Below, one piece after another: positions 48,496-60,183 of a DNA stretch of 64,000 nucleotides (positions within the stretch are counted from its first letter, which is position 1; each line of letters opens with the position of its first letter). The translations under genes were made by a program, and so were the position numbers. Under the pieces are notes generated by a model. That model did not search any database, had not been told where the DNA came from, and saw nothing but the letters and a program-made list of their open reading frames with translations. The DNA comes from Oligoflexia bacterium. Its GTDB lineage: Bacteria; Bdellovibrionota; UBA1018. Location: NCBI GenBank assembly GCA_046317855.1, contig JBKCVM010000034.1:1985-65984 (forward strand), given 5' to 3'.

Positions 48496-50571
48496 ATGCC
48501 CAATCGTCTTGCCTTCGAGAAAAGCCCGTACCTTCGTCAGCATCAGGACAACCCCGTGGATTGGTATCCCTGGGGAGAAGAAGCCTTTGAGACTGCACGG
48601 AAAGCTGACAAGCCGATTCTGCTGAGCGTAGGTTATTCGGCCTGTCATTGGTGCCATGTCATGGCCCATGAGAGTTTTGAGAATCCTCAGATTGCCGCCC
48701 TGATGAATGAACATTTCGTCAACATCAAGGTGGATCGTGAGGAGCACCCGGATGTGGATCAGATTTATCAGCAAGTCACCCAGTTGATGACGCGTTCTGG
48801 AGGCTGGCCACTCACTGTGTTTTTGACGCCGGAGCTCAAGCCCTACTTTGGCGGAACTTATTATCCGCCTGAGGATCGCTACGGGCGGCCGGGGTTTCCG
48901 CGGTTGCTCGAGGCCCTCTCGCGCGCCTATCGTGAGCAGCGGGGCGATGTGCAAGAGAATGCCCGGAGTCTCCTAGAGGCCATGCAAGATCAGTTGCCAG
49001 CAGCTGCGGCGCAAGTTTCGCGAGCGACGCTTTTGGGGGAGCTTTCTGAAGCTTCTCAACGATTACTTGGGATCATGGATTGGGAACACGGCGGGCTCGG
49101 CAGGGCTCCAAAGTTTCCAAACGTGATGGCGCTATCGTTTCTTTGGCGAAGCGGGCAGGCCTTTGAAAATCCGGCCGCAAGGCAGGCAGTGATCTTGTCG
49201 CTGGTGCGGATGGCCGAGGGAGGAATTTACGATCAGCTAGGGGGCGGATTTCATCGGTACTCAGTCGATGAACGATGGGCAGTTCCCCATTTTGAGAAGA
49301 TGCTTTACGACAACGCGCTCTTGCTTCGGCTTTACTCAGAAGTGTTGCTTGGAGCGGGAGCAGAACTAAAGCCGGAGTTTAGGTCCCTTTTTTTGGAAGT
49401 GGTTTCTGAGACGGTTGAGTATGTGCTCCGGGAGATGACCACATCCCTGGGGGCATTTTATAGTGCGCAGGATGCGGATTCTGAGGGCGAGGAAGGCAAG
49501 TTTTTTGCGTGGACTCCAGCAGAGATTGAAAAAGTCCTCTCTCCAGATGAGGCCCGCGTTTTTTGTCTGCGCTATGGGGTCACGAGCGAGGGAAATTTTG
49601 AGCATGGCACCACGGTGCTTCACTTAGCCCGGGGCTTGGACGCTGTGGCCCAGGAGAGTGGACTTTCGGTAGAGGAGGTCAAAGAAAACCTGGCGTTTGG
49701 CTGCGCAAAGCTGAGGGAAGTGAGGGGCGCACGGGTGGCTCCAGGCCTCGACGACAAAATTCTAGTTTCTTGGAACGGACTGATGGTGACTGGCCTTGGG
49801 TGGGCGTCGAAGGCACTGGGTCAGGCCGGGAGAGCCAAGCTTGCGCATCGCGCTTGGATTGCTGCCCACCGCGCACTCGACTGGATCTCGGAGCATGCGG
49901 CTGGGGAGGCAGATGGATCCCTCTATGCGGTGCTTGCTTCAGATGGAAAGCCTCGGATAGCGGGGAGGCTCGATGATTCTGCTTTTTTGATTCGCGGTGC
50001 GATGGATTTGCTTCGGTTTCTACCTGAGGAAGCTCTTTCTCATCGCTATCCGATCCTGATTTCTCGAGTGAAGCTCTGGGCCCAGGGCGCCTGGAAGCAG
50101 TTTGCTGATACTCAGAGTTCAGGTTTTTTTATGACTCAAGGCTCGCGTTCGGATCTCATTCAACGCCCACTGAGTGTGCACGATCAGGCGATTCCGTCGG
50201 GAGCGGCGGTGTTTTTAGACTGTTTACTGGAGCTCAGGGAGCTGGGAGTCGAACTTGAGGTAGGAGAGCGTCAGCTGGATTCAGGTCAGCTCGAGCAACG
50301 TTTGATGGATCATCGGCCTCTTGCGATCAAAAACCCTTTTGGTCTTTCAGAGATGGCAAGCGTGCTTCTCAAGTACGCACTGGGCGTGGTGGTGATTAAG
50401 GGTAAGAAGAGCCAAGAACTTCAAGGCCATTTTGCAGTAGTGCAGGAGAGTGCGCTCGGTGCGCCGCTGCAGCTCTGTCATCAGCAGACGTGTATCCAAG
50501 CCTCAGTTCAAGAGATCGCCCGCCGGCTTGGAGAGAAATTGGTTTCAAGATTGCATTCTCCTCAGCCGTAA
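48496..50571 (+). CDS. thioredoxin-domain (DUF255/YyaL-like) protein fused to an N-acylglucosamine-2-epimerase-like six-hairpin domain
   Basis: 691 aa. N-terminus [47 protein letters not shown] is the YyaL/SPATA20 signature. Confidence 0.75.
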   Translation: MPNRLAFEKSPYLRQHQDNPVDWYPWGEEAFETARKADKPILLSVGYSACHWCHVMAHESFENPQIAALMNEHFVNIKVDREEHPDVDQIYQQVTQLMTRSGGWPLTVFLTPELKPYFGGTYYPPEDRYGRPGFPRLLEALSRAYREQRGDVQENARSLLEAMQDQLPAAAAQVSRATLLGELSEASQRLLGIMDWEHGGLGRAPKFPNVMALSFLWRSGQAFENPAARQAVILSLVRMAEGGIYDQLGGGFHRYSVDERWAVPHFEKMLYDNALLLRLYSEVLLGAGAELKPEFRSLFLEVVSETVEYVLREMTTSLGAFYSAQDADSEGEEGKFFAWTPAEIEKVLSPDEARVFCLRYGVTSEGNFEHGTTVLHLARGLDAVAQESGLSVEEVKENLAFGCAKLREVRGARVAPGLDDKILVSWNGLMVTGLGWASKALGQAGRAKLAHRAWIAAHRALDWISEHAAGEADGSLYAVLASDGKPRIAGRLDDSAFLIRGAMDLLRFLPEEALSHRYPILISRVKLWAQGAWKQFADTQSSGFFMTQGSRSDLIQRPLSVHDQAIPSGAAVFLDCLLELRELGVELEVGERQLDSGQLEQRLMDHRPLAIKNPFGLSEMASVLLKYALGVVVIKGKKSQELQGHFAVVQESALGAPLQLCHQQTCIQASVQEIARRLGEKLVSRLHSPQP

Positions 50572-50624
50572 AACCTATTTGATCTTCAAGAGTATTGAAG
50601 AGTGGTCTGGAGGCTAAGGTAAAG

Positions 50625-51218
50625 ATGAGTAAATTTAAAAACAGAAGGCAGGCCCTTGCCTGGAGTTTCATTGCGATGGCGGGTTTAGGTGCAAGTTTGG
50701 CACTGGCTGGTGAGGGTTACCAGGGATCTGGCGCTGTGGGAGAAAAGGAGATCCAGCGTGAGATCAAAGACGAGGCCGCACGGTTGAGTTTGGCTCCGCA
50801 CTCGATCATGCTCGAGACTGAGCTGATGACAGCGCTTGATCAGGTGCGAGGGCTCAAGGCGCAGGTCAAAACGGCACAGTCGCAGCCCAACCCAGAATTC
50901 GTAGAGCACTACCGCGAGCATCGTCGCGAGATCGGTGATTCGGTTAAATCTGCAAAGAGTCATGAAAGCGAGATTCGCTCTCGGGCGGTTCGCTTTCCGT
51001 CAGTAGCCACGAGCGAGCAGTACAAATCATTGAGCCCCGCATTGGGTGAGCTGGAGAGACTGAACCAGCAGTGGGACAAGCAAGCCACCGTGCGCAGCTA
51101 CTGGAATGATCCTGCTCGGGTGACCTCTGATTTAGATCAGCTGGAGCGACGCCTTTCGACTGCAATCGAGAAGGCTCGAAGCTTCAATGCAAGGCTGGAT
51201 GTCAGCGAGATCGGATGA
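50625..51218 (+). CDS. hypothetical secreted/periplasmic helical protein
   Basis: Start taken at MSKFKNRRQALAWSFIAMAGLGASLALAGEG (signal peptide). No recognisable domain. Confidence 0.45.
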   Translation: MSKFKNRRQALAWSFIAMAGLGASLALAGEGYQGSGAVGEKEIQREIKDEAARLSLAPHSIMLETELMTALDQVRGLKAQVKTAQSQPNPEFVEHYREHRREIGDSVKSAKSHESEIRSRAVRFPSVATSEQYKSLSPALGELERLNQQWDKQATVRSYWNDPARVTSDLDQLERRLSTAIEKARSFNARLDVSEIG

Positions 51219-51231
51219 CGCTGTTCCAAAG

Positions 51232-51285
51232 GGCAAAAAGGCGGAAGTCGCATGGAAGCGATTTCCGCCTTGTTGTCTTTTTCTG
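51232..51285. terminator. bidirectional rho-independent terminator between convergent genes
   Basis: Stem GGCGGAA / TTCCGCC flanked by AAAAAG on the 5' side and TTGTTGTCTTTTTCT on the 3' side. Confidence 0.5.
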
Positions 51286-51319
51286 ATTCTTTTTATCGAC
51301 TCGGTCTGGGGTTCAGAAA

Positions 51320-51769
51320 TCAGGCCCCGCCGTGGATCAGAACTTTAATGTCCGTGCGAAAGATCACTTCCAGTTTATTCGGGTAAATGAGCTTTCCGAC
51401 GATGCCTTCACCGAAGTTGGGGTGCTTGATCTTGTCGCCAAGAATGAATTTCCCTTTCAATGAATAGCTCTTGAACGGTGCGTCACGGTGAGAGGCCATG
51501 AGTTTTTCCCACTCCGCTTCGATCGTCGATGCCGAAGGTGAGCCATCCTCAGACTTTTTGGAGGCCCGTTTTTTCTTGGGCGCTACTTCAGTTACTCCCT
51601 TGGGTGCCTTGAAGGCGTGGGTCTTCTTGCAGGTTTTGCATTCGACCTTCGCGATTTTGTCGCCCTTCATTGAAACGATCAGGTGGGCGAGATCGATCTT
51701 GCAGCTCGTGCAATAAGCCAAAGTTTCTTGGGCGACTGCAGCGGAACCGGTCGTCTTGGTGGGTGCCAT
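51320..51769 (-). CDS. hypothetical Zn-ribbon protein (CxxC-x19-CxxC) with Lys-rich linker
   Basis: ATG at 51769 with GAGGAG 7 nt upstream. MAPTKTTGSAAVAQETLAYCTSCKIDLAHLIVSMKGDKIAKVECKTCKKTHAF... then KKKRASKKSEDG, then a small beta-rich C-domain. Confidence 0.5.
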   Translation of the reverse strand: MAPTKTTGSAAVAQETLAYCTSCKIDLAHLIVSMKGDKIAKVECKTCKKTHAFKAPKGVTEVAPKKKRASKKSEDGSPSASTIEAEWEKLMASHRDAPFKSYSLKGKFILGDKIKHPNFGEGIVGKLIYPNKLEVIFRTDIKVLIHGGA

Positions 51770-51834
51770 GAGTTTTCTCCTCGAGAAGAACCAAAAATTG
51801 AGTAAATCTGCGAGATTACTTATAGGTAAGTGGG

Positions 51835-53604
51835 ATGGAAAATCAAGCTCCAAACCCTGCCGAGCTCCGGGCCTTGCTACTGATCAAAGCCCGTGAAATC
51901 TCAACCTCCCCTGGCTGCTACCTGATGAAGGACGCAGAGGGGACAATCTTGTATGTCGGCAAGGCAAAGAACCTTCGAAACCGGGTTTCGAGCTATTTTC
52001 AGGCGGGGATTCACGAGCGGACCCGTACTGAACTCCTCGTGTCGCTGGTTGATCACTTTGACTTGATTCTGACTGAAACCGAGGATGAGGCCCTCATTCT
52101 TGAGTGCACTTTGATCAAGAAGCACCGGCCCAAGTTCAATGTCAGACTCAAGGATGACAAGGCCTATCCCTATCTCAAGGTTGCGATCACAGAGGCTTTT
52201 CCTAGAATTGAGTGGACCCGAAAGGTCCGAAAAGACGGAGCCAGGTATTTTGGCCCTTTTCCTTCTTCTTGGGCCGCGCGCCAGACCCTCCAGATCTTAA
52301 ATGAACGGTTTCAGCTCAGAGATTGCTCAGATAACACTTTCAGACATCGAGGCCGCCCCTGTCTGCTCTACCAGATCGGAAAGTGCTCTGGCCCCTGTGT
52401 GAGGATCGTGGATGAGGCCGGGTACCGGGGCCAAATCGATCAGGCAGTCGCTGTTCTTGAAGGGCGTTCGGATGGGCTGATCAACGAACTGCGTGCATCC
52501 ATGACTGAAGCAGCTCAGGCGGAGGAGTTCGAGCAGGCCGCTGAACTCAGAGATGAGATTGCTGCGCTGGAAGGAGTCACCGCGATTCAGGGGGTGCAAG
52601 AAGCGGGGGTGGATCGGGATCGTGATGTGGTGGGAATTGCCCGTACAGAATTTCTAGCACACGCAGTCTTGCTGCAGATTCGGGGTGGAAAACTTTTGGC
52701 TGTGCGCCATTTTGACCTGCAGAACGCGGACGCTTCACAGAGTGATGGAGAGATTCTTGATCAAGTGCTTACCCAATACTATGTCTCGCTTGAAAAAGCG
52801 GACCCCAACGATGATCGAGTTTTTCCGGGCGGCTCTGGTCTGGCTCAGCCATCTGAGGTGTTGCTTCCGATTGCGCCTGAAAATACCGCTGATCTCGAGC
52901 TTCTCGAGCGTAGCCTCGGACTCAGGATTCGTCTGGCTGAGACCCCTCAGGACGAGCAGGTGCTCAATGTTGCCCGGCAAAATGCGCGTTACGCCGTTGA
53001 GCAGCACGCTCGGCGCACCGCGGGGCACGGAATAGCAGCCCTTGAAGAGGTTCAAGAGAAGTTGGGACTTCAACGGTTGCCCCACCGGATTGAGTGTTAC
53101 GACATTTCAAATATCCAGGGCCAGGATGCAGTGGCTTCACGAGTCGTCTTCATCGATGGCGCTCCCGATAAAAATCTCTACCGGCGTTACAAGATCCGAA
53201 CGGTCGAGGGTTCGAATGATTTTGCAATGATGAAAGAAGTCTTGGGGCGGAGATTTGAGTCCAATTCGGAGTCGGATCCAGAAATGCCAGATCTCGTAGT
53301 GGTGGATGGTGGCAAAGGCCAACTCTCGCAGGCGGTAGCTATTCTTGACGAACTGCAAGTTCAAGGAGTGGCGGTAGTTGGCCTAGCAAAAGCGCGCACT
53401 GAGAGGGACTTTAAATCTTCTGAAGTGAATTCAAGCCTCGAACGGATTTTTATTCCCAATCGCAAGAATCCGGTGAGCCTGCTTCCTCACCAGGCTGCCT
53501 ACAAACTCCTGGTTCACGTGCGCGATGAAGCCCATCGTTTTGCAGTGAGCTACCACCGCCTGCTGCGCTCCAAGCGAGTGATGGGCCGCAGCACTCCAAG
53601 CTGA
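51835..53604 (+). CDS. uvrC: excinuclease ABC subunit C
   Basis: 589 aa. GIY-YIG N-terminus (PGCYLMKDAEGTILYVGKAKNLRNRVSSYF), UvrBC-interaction region, endonuclease V-like and HhH C-terminus. Confidence 0.9.
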   Translation: MENQAPNPAELRALLLIKAREISTSPGCYLMKDAEGTILYVGKAKNLRNRVSSYFQAGIHERTRTELLVSLVDHFDLILTETEDEALILECTLIKKHRPKFNVRLKDDKAYPYLKVAITEAFPRIEWTRKVRKDGARYFGPFPSSWAARQTLQILNERFQLRDCSDNTFRHRGRPCLLYQIGKCSGPCVRIVDEAGYRGQIDQAVAVLEGRSDGLINELRASMTEAAQAEEFEQAAELRDEIAALEGVTAIQGVQEAGVDRDRDVVGIARTEFLAHAVLLQIRGGKLLAVRHFDLQNADASQSDGEILDQVLTQYYVSLEKADPNDDRVFPGGSGLAQPSEVLLPIAPENTADLELLERSLGLRIRLAETPQDEQVLNVARQNARYAVEQHARRTAGHGIAALEEVQEKLGLQRLPHRIECYDISNIQGQDAVASRVVFIDGAPDKNLYRRYKIRTVEGSNDFAMMKEVLGRRFESNSESDPEMPDLVVVDGGKGQLSQAVAILDELQVQGVAVVGLAKARTERDFKSSEVNSSLERIFIPNRKNPVSLLPHQAAYKLLVHVRDEAHRFAVSYHRLLRSKRVMGRSTPS

Positions 53605-53744
53605 ATCTTTTGCCTATCGAGAGGACTTAGCCTGCAAATTGCTAGTCCAACTCTCTGCAGGAGAGTGGCAGGGGCAAATCTTTCCCGTTCAGGGCCTGCG
53701 CCGTTGTGCCGAAAAAGCAGGTGTCAGCAAGGGGAGACGCAGGT

Positions 53745-53960
53745 ATGTCAGATCAGAACGCTCAGAATACTCCTTCAGTGCCCAATTCAGTGGTGGGGAG
53801 CAGTCGTGAGATCTTACTTCAGTACACCCATTGCTCCGCCTGCAAGGCCCGTCTTCATTTCACGTATGTCACTGACTTTAGTCGCAATTTGACTCAAGAG
53901 TCAGCGCGTTGCCCTGAGTGTCATCTGCAGTCTCACAAGGTCATGCACCGTCTTCAATAG
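53745..53960 (+). CDS. small hypothetical Zn-ribbon protein (CxxC...CxxC)
   Basis: 71 aa from the ATG at 53745 (AAGGGGAGA SD). HCSACKARLHF...ARCPECHLQSHKV. Confidence 0.4.
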   Translation: MSDQNAQNTPSVPNSVVGSSREILLQYTHCSACKARLHFTYVTDFSRNLTQESARCPECHLQSHKVMHRLQ

Positions 53961-54016
53961 GCGGGCTCTCATGAGCAGCCTTTTCAGGTCTGCGCACCTA
54001 TGCCAAAACCGCCTCC

Positions 54017-54487
54017 ATGGCAAATTCCATGGAAAATCACGTGTGGAGCGAACAGTGGCGGGGATTTCTTGCCGAAGGCGCAGTGGTGATGGCCAGGAGA
54101 GTGGAAACTCCAGAACCAGAACCAGAACCAGAATCCAGTGCAGTCGCCACGGCTCAACCCACTTTAAGAACGAATCCGGTTAAGCTGCTCATTTTTTTGG
54201 AGTCCGAGCCCGATTTGCGTGGGCGTGATCTCTTAACTCGAATGATGTCGGCCATTCAGCTTGCTGCAACCGACTATGTTCTTGAATGGGGGGATTTTCC
54301 TCGCGCCCAGAGCGCATTCGTGGTCGGTGTGGGTCTAGGACAGAGAAAATTTGGAAGGCTTTCGGCACTCAGGCCAGATTGGATTGAGCTTCCTTCGTTA
54401 GCCGAGATTGCGGGCGATCCCGCGAGAAAGCGCCAAGCCTGGGAAAAACTCCAACAGCTTCAGGTCCAGCTGAGGGTGTCACCATGA
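54017..54487 (+). CDS. hypothetical protein with possible degenerate uracil-DNA-glycosylase-superfamily fold; translationally coupled to nfeD
   Basis: The segment KLLIFLESEPDLRGRDLLTRMMSAIQLAATDYVLEW...FVVGVGLG...WIELPSLAEI parallels family-4 UDG blocks (xLxIVGEAPG...GxLLxxxLxxxGI...VYITN...HP) but lacks the catalytic residues. The start is uncertain (54017, 54029 or 54089). The stop overlaps the nfeD start (ATGA). Confidence 0.4.
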   Translation: MANSMENHVWSEQWRGFLAEGAVVMARRVETPEPEPEPESSAVATAQPTLRTNPVKLLIFLESEPDLRGRDLLTRMMSAIQLAATDYVLEWGDFPRAQSAFVVGVGLGQRKFGRLSALRPDWIELPSLAEIAGDPARKRQAWEKLQQLQVQLRVSP

Positions 54488-55818
54488 AACTGCGCAGACT
54501 GTTTTGGTTCTTAGTAGCAGGATTTGAGCTTTGCGCGCTGAAAACAGGGATGGCTCAAAGCCCAGTCCTTTATTCTGCGCGCATCTCCGGGTCCATTAAT
54601 CCAGCGGGCGCGGCCTATCTCGAGCGCGTGATTGAGTTGGCATCACAAGACCCAGAAGCAACTGCAGTATTGATTGAGCTCAATACGCCCGGGGGTCTTC
54701 TGGCCAGCACTCGTCAGATGATTCAGCAAATTTCACGTTCTCGCGTGCCGGTACTGCTCTATGTTGGCCCTTCTGGGGCTTCGGCCACTTCTGCGGGTGC
54801 CATCTTGCTTGTGGCTTCGCACGCTGCTGGAATGTCGCCGGGGAGCAATGTGGGTGCAGCTCATCCGGTAGGCTCGCAAGGAGAAGACATCAAAGGAGCC
54901 ATGGGCGAAAAATCCGTCAATGACACGGTTGCGCTTGTCCGAAGTCTTGCAGAGGAGCGCGGCAGGCCCGTGCTCCTGTCCGAAGAGATGGTCAGAAAAA
55001 GCCGTAGCCTGACGGCTAAAGAGGCGCTTGAAAATAAGCTGATTGACTCAGTTTCTGACACTCCAGCGGAGTTTCTTGCCGCAGTCGACGGCAAGAAAGT
55101 GAGGCTGGGTTCGAGTGGGTCCGATTCTGTGCTACGCACTCGAAATGCGGTGCTCAAGCCCATCGACATGACGATGGGCCAGAGCCTCCTTCATTTTTTG
55201 GCTGATCCTAATGTAGCGACTTTGCTCATGTCGCTGGGCGGTCTCTTGATCTACGTCGAAGTCGCCAATCCTGGAATTACGATTGCTGGAATCTTGGGCG
55301 GGATCTGTATGATCGCGGGCTTCATGTCTTTTCAGCTGCTGCCGATTAGGACCGGGGGTTTGATCTTGATCGTGCTGGCGATTTTGATGCTCGTTCTGGA
55401 GGCGGTCACAGCCTCCACGGGGGCCCTTGCAGCAGGCGGAATTTTGGCCCTTGTTTTGGGGATGCTCTGGGTGATGGATCCCGCCGGCGGATCAATGAGT
55501 ATCAGTCCTCAACTTTGGATTCCGGTGGTGCTGGCTCTTTCAGTGAGCGTGGTGCTCATGAGCTGGCTTTTGACCCGATCTCGCAGGCTCATCGATCAAG
55601 CACTCACTCGATTGCGCGGAGCCGGAAAGTCGGGATTGCAAGGTTACCCAGGCATGGTCGATTGGGTGGACCCTGATCATCCTGCAAGCGGTAAAATCGT
55701 AATCCGCGGCGAGGGCTGGAACGCAGTATCAGTGGACGGGCGACTCGAGATGGGCGAGAAGGTCGAAGTCGTTGGAGTTGAGGGGTTCACCGTAAAAGTG
55801 CGAAGGTCATTTAAATAA
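54484..55818 (+). CDS. nfeD: NfeD-family membrane-bound ClpP-class serine protease (long form with C-terminal OB domain)
   Basis: 444 aa. ClpP-like N-domain (LIELNTPGGLLASTRQMIQQI...GPSGASATSAGAILL), multiple TM segments and a C-terminal OB-fold-like segment (GKIVIRGEGWNAVS). Confidence 0.8.
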   Translation: MKLRRLFWFLVAGFELCALKTGMAQSPVLYSARISGSINPAGAAYLERVIELASQDPEATAVLIELNTPGGLLASTRQMIQQISRSRVPVLLYVGPSGASATSAGAILLVASHAAGMSPGSNVGAAHPVGSQGEDIKGAMGEKSVNDTVALVRSLAEERGRPVLLSEEMVRKSRSLTAKEALENKLIDSVSDTPAEFLAAVDGKKVRLGSSGSDSVLRTRNAVLKPIDMTMGQSLLHFLADPNVATLLMSLGGLLIYVEVANPGITIAGILGGICMIAGFMSFQLLPIRTGGLILIVLAILMLVLEAVTASTGALAAGGILALVLGMLWVMDPAGGSMSISPQLWIPVVLALSVSVVLMSWLLTRSRRLIDQALTRLRGAGKSGLQGYPGMVDWVDPDHPASGKIVIRGEGWNAVSVDGRLEMGEKVEVVGVEGFTVKVRRSFK

Positions 55819-55827
55819 GAGAAAATA

Positions 55828-56583
55828 ATGGAAATCCTATCTGGTAGTGCATTGATTTTTATTTTTCTGGCGGTCGGATTCTTTTTGATGAGCTTCAAAG
55901 TGCTCAATGAATACGAGCGCGGGGTCATTTTTCGTCTCGGCCGCATCATCGGCGCCAAGGGGCCTGGGCTGATTATCCTGATTCCAGGGATTGATCGGAT
56001 GGTGGTCGTTGATACTCGGGTGGTGACTCTAGATGTCCCACCTCAAGACGCCATCAGCCGAGACAATGTGACCATCAAAGTGAATGCAGTGGTCTACTTT
56101 AGAGTGGTCGACCCCAATCGGGCTGTAGTCGAGGTGGAGAACTACCTGATGGCTACGTCTAAGCTGGCACAGACCACTTTACGTTCAGTGCTCGGTCAGG
56201 TGGAGCTCGATGAGCTCCTCGCTTCACGAGAAGCCATCAATCACAAACTCCAGACCATCCTTGATCAGCAGACCGAGCCGTGGGGAGTGAAAGTGTCGAA
56301 CGTCGAGGTCAAGCAGATTGATTTGCCGGTCGAGATGCAGCGGGCGATGGCGCGTCAAGCCGAGGCCGAGCGCGAGCGGAGAGCCAAAGTGATCGCGGCC
56401 GAGGGGGAGCTACAGGCTTCTGAGAAGCTCTCTGAAGCCTCGCGCATCATGGCGGACAACCCGATGTCTTTGCAGCTTCGTTATCTGCAGACGCTTTCAG
56501 AAATCTCGACCAACGGAAAGGCGACGGTGATTCCCATCCCGCTCGATCTGATCCGTCAGACGGTTGGCGCAGTAAGGTCGTGA
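55828..56583 (+). CDS. SPFH/band-7 (stomatin-like) protein
   Basis: 251 aa. The [39 protein letters not shown]...[15 protein letters not shown] pattern is classic for stomatin/QmcA-like proteins, which pair with NfeD. Confidence 0.85.
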   Translation: MEILSGSALIFIFLAVGFFLMSFKVLNEYERGVIFRLGRIIGAKGPGLIILIPGIDRMVVVDTRVVTLDVPPQDAISRDNVTIKVNAVVYFRVVDPNRAVVEVENYLMATSKLAQTTLRSVLGQVELDELLASREAINHKLQTILDQQTEPWGVKVSNVEVKQIDLPVEMQRAMARQAEAERERRAKVIAAEGELQASEKLSEASRIMADNPMSLQLRYLQTLSEISTNGKATVIPIPLDLIRQTVGAVRS

Positions 56584-56651
56584 TCGGGTCTTTGATGGTG
56601 CGATAAAAAACTTTGCATCCAGCTCATGCTCACCTCAGAATTGAGGTGGGC

Positions 56652-57884
56652 ATGAAGCCGGGTTCGGAGGGGAGAAGGATTCTCCCCGTTTTTTTTTCAG
56701 CTCTGCTGATGTTTTGGGTCGGCTTTAGCCCTGCCCAAGCTTCTATTGCCCGGGCTCCCCTAGCTCCCGAGCCTCCTAAAATCCGGGTTCGTCTCAAAGA
56801 CTCGGTTCCTGCCGTAAGAGTGTCTGGACTGGATATGGTGCTTCGTTCGCCGCAGCGCAGCGTTCAGTTTGCTGGCCAAGCCACATGGGATCTTGATTGT
56901 CGCAGCGGCAAGATCCGCATCAATCTGGGGAGTCGCGAGCGGCGATCTCAGTTTGTTCTACCTGAACCCGTCAGTATTGCTGCCGCAACGGCCCTGAAGT
57001 GGGAGGAGCGTCCTGTACGTGAAGTGATCAAGCTCTTCACGGCTCCATCAGGTCATGGGTGTCAGGTCGTTAATGAGTTAGATCTCGAAGATTATCTCGT
57101 GGGAGTGGTCAACGGAGAGTTTTCATCCAAATGGAATGAAGAATCGATCTCCGCTCAAGTGATTGCTGCCCGTACTTATGCCTGGCACCAAGCGAGTCAG
57201 GCTAGAAGGCGGCTTTGGCATTATGATGTCGAGGCCGGAACTGGGGATCAAGTCTACGCGGGTGCCGAGTCCGAAGATTCTCGTGCCCGTAGCCTGGTGG
57301 AGCGAACGCGAGGGCAAGTGCTCTTGGCAAAGAGGGCAGACTCTAAAACCTCCAACAACGCGCGTCATTTGATGCCCATTAAGGCTTTCTATCACTCCAC
57401 TTGCGGGGGAATCACGGATTGGCCTGTGCGAATTTTTGGTGAGCGCACCCTGGGGGTCCAAGGTGGAGTGGGGTGTCCGTACTGCGTTTCATCGCCCCGA
57501 TATCGGTGGACTTTGGAGTTGTCTCGAAGAGATCTCGAGGGGTTGGTCGGATTTTCGGTGCAGGGACTCCGGGTGGTCTCGCGCTGGGAGTCGGGCCGAG
57601 TGAAAGAAATTGAATTTCAAGGAATGTCCCGTGGAATTGCGGTTCAAAAGAAAATGGCAGCCCCGGTGTTGAGGTCGCGCATGGGGCCTGAAAAGCTCAG
57701 GAGCACTGCGTTTGAAATTCGAGCGGGGGCCCGCGCCGGGACTTTTGTGTTTGAAGGGCGCGGAAACGGCCATGGCGTAGGGATGTGTCAGTGGGGAGCC
57801 AAGGAAATGGGCGAGAAGGGAGCGTCTTATTTAAAGATCCTTGCGCACTATTATCCTGCCTCGAGCCTTCAAAGGCTGTGGTAA
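56652..57884 (+). CDS. SpoIID/LytB-domain protein (lytic transglycosylase-type amidase enhancer homologue)
   Basis: ATG at 56652 with GAGGTGGG SD. Signal peptide. LVGVVNGEFSSKWNEESISAQVIAARTYAW...FYHSTCGGITD matches the SpoIID domain. Confidence 0.75.
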   Translation: MKPGSEGRRILPVFFSALLMFWVGFSPAQASIARAPLAPEPPKIRVRLKDSVPAVRVSGLDMVLRSPQRSVQFAGQATWDLDCRSGKIRINLGSRERRSQFVLPEPVSIAAATALKWEERPVREVIKLFTAPSGHGCQVVNELDLEDYLVGVVNGEFSSKWNEESISAQVIAARTYAWHQASQARRRLWHYDVEAGTGDQVYAGAESEDSRARSLVERTRGQVLLAKRADSKTSNNARHLMPIKAFYHSTCGGITDWPVRIFGERTLGVQGGVGCPYCVSSPRYRWTLELSRRDLEGLVGFSVQGLRVVSRWESGRVKEIEFQGMSRGIAVQKKMAAPVLRSRMGPEKLRSTAFEIRAGARAGTFVFEGRGNGHGVGMCQWGAKEMGEKGASYLKILAHYYPASSLQRLW

Positions 57885-57896
57885 GCCGAGGCTGCC

Positions 57897-59740
<1,844 letters not shown>

Positions 59741-59810
59741 GTTGGCTCGTTCTTCTGTGACCACGGCTGCGCTCGGGGTTTCAGCACTTCAACTCACTGT
59801 CTGGAAAGGG

Positions 59811-60167
59811 ATGGATGCTTGGGCGCAAGAAGCAGCTCCTGCGGTCCCGGCAGGGACAGGGGCGCCGGGAGTTGCGCCTGGTGCGCGCCCCGGAATGTTC
59901 GAAACGATGATGCCTTTTGTTCTGATGTTTGGCGTCATGTATTTTTTAATTCTTCGTCCGCAGCAAAAGCGAATGAAGGAGCAACAGGCGATGTTGGCTG
60001 CACTAGCCACCGGTGATTCTGTGGTGACTGCATCCGGAATTTTGGGGACCATTCGAGAGCTGGGCGACAAAGTCGTGGGTCTCGAGGTCGCAAACAACGT
60101 GCAGGTCAAAGTGCTTCGGAGCCAGATCTCGCAGAAGCTTAAAAACGGTGTGGCTGAAATTCAGTAA
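59811..60167 (+). CDS. yajC: preprotein translocase subunit YajC
   Basis: MMPFVLMFGVMYFLILRPQQKRMKEQQAML...GDSVVTASGILGTI matches YajC. The exact start is uncertain: ATG 59811 has a GGAAAGGG SD, and the frame is open upstream to 59661. Confidence 0.75.
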   Translation: MDAWAQEAAPAVPAGTGAPGVAPGARPGMFETMMPFVLMFGVMYFLILRPQQKRMKEQQAMLAALATGDSVVTASGILGTIRELGDKVVGLEVANNVQVKVLRSQISQKLKNGVAEIQ

Positions 60168-60183
60168 GCAAACGGGGTAGAGC

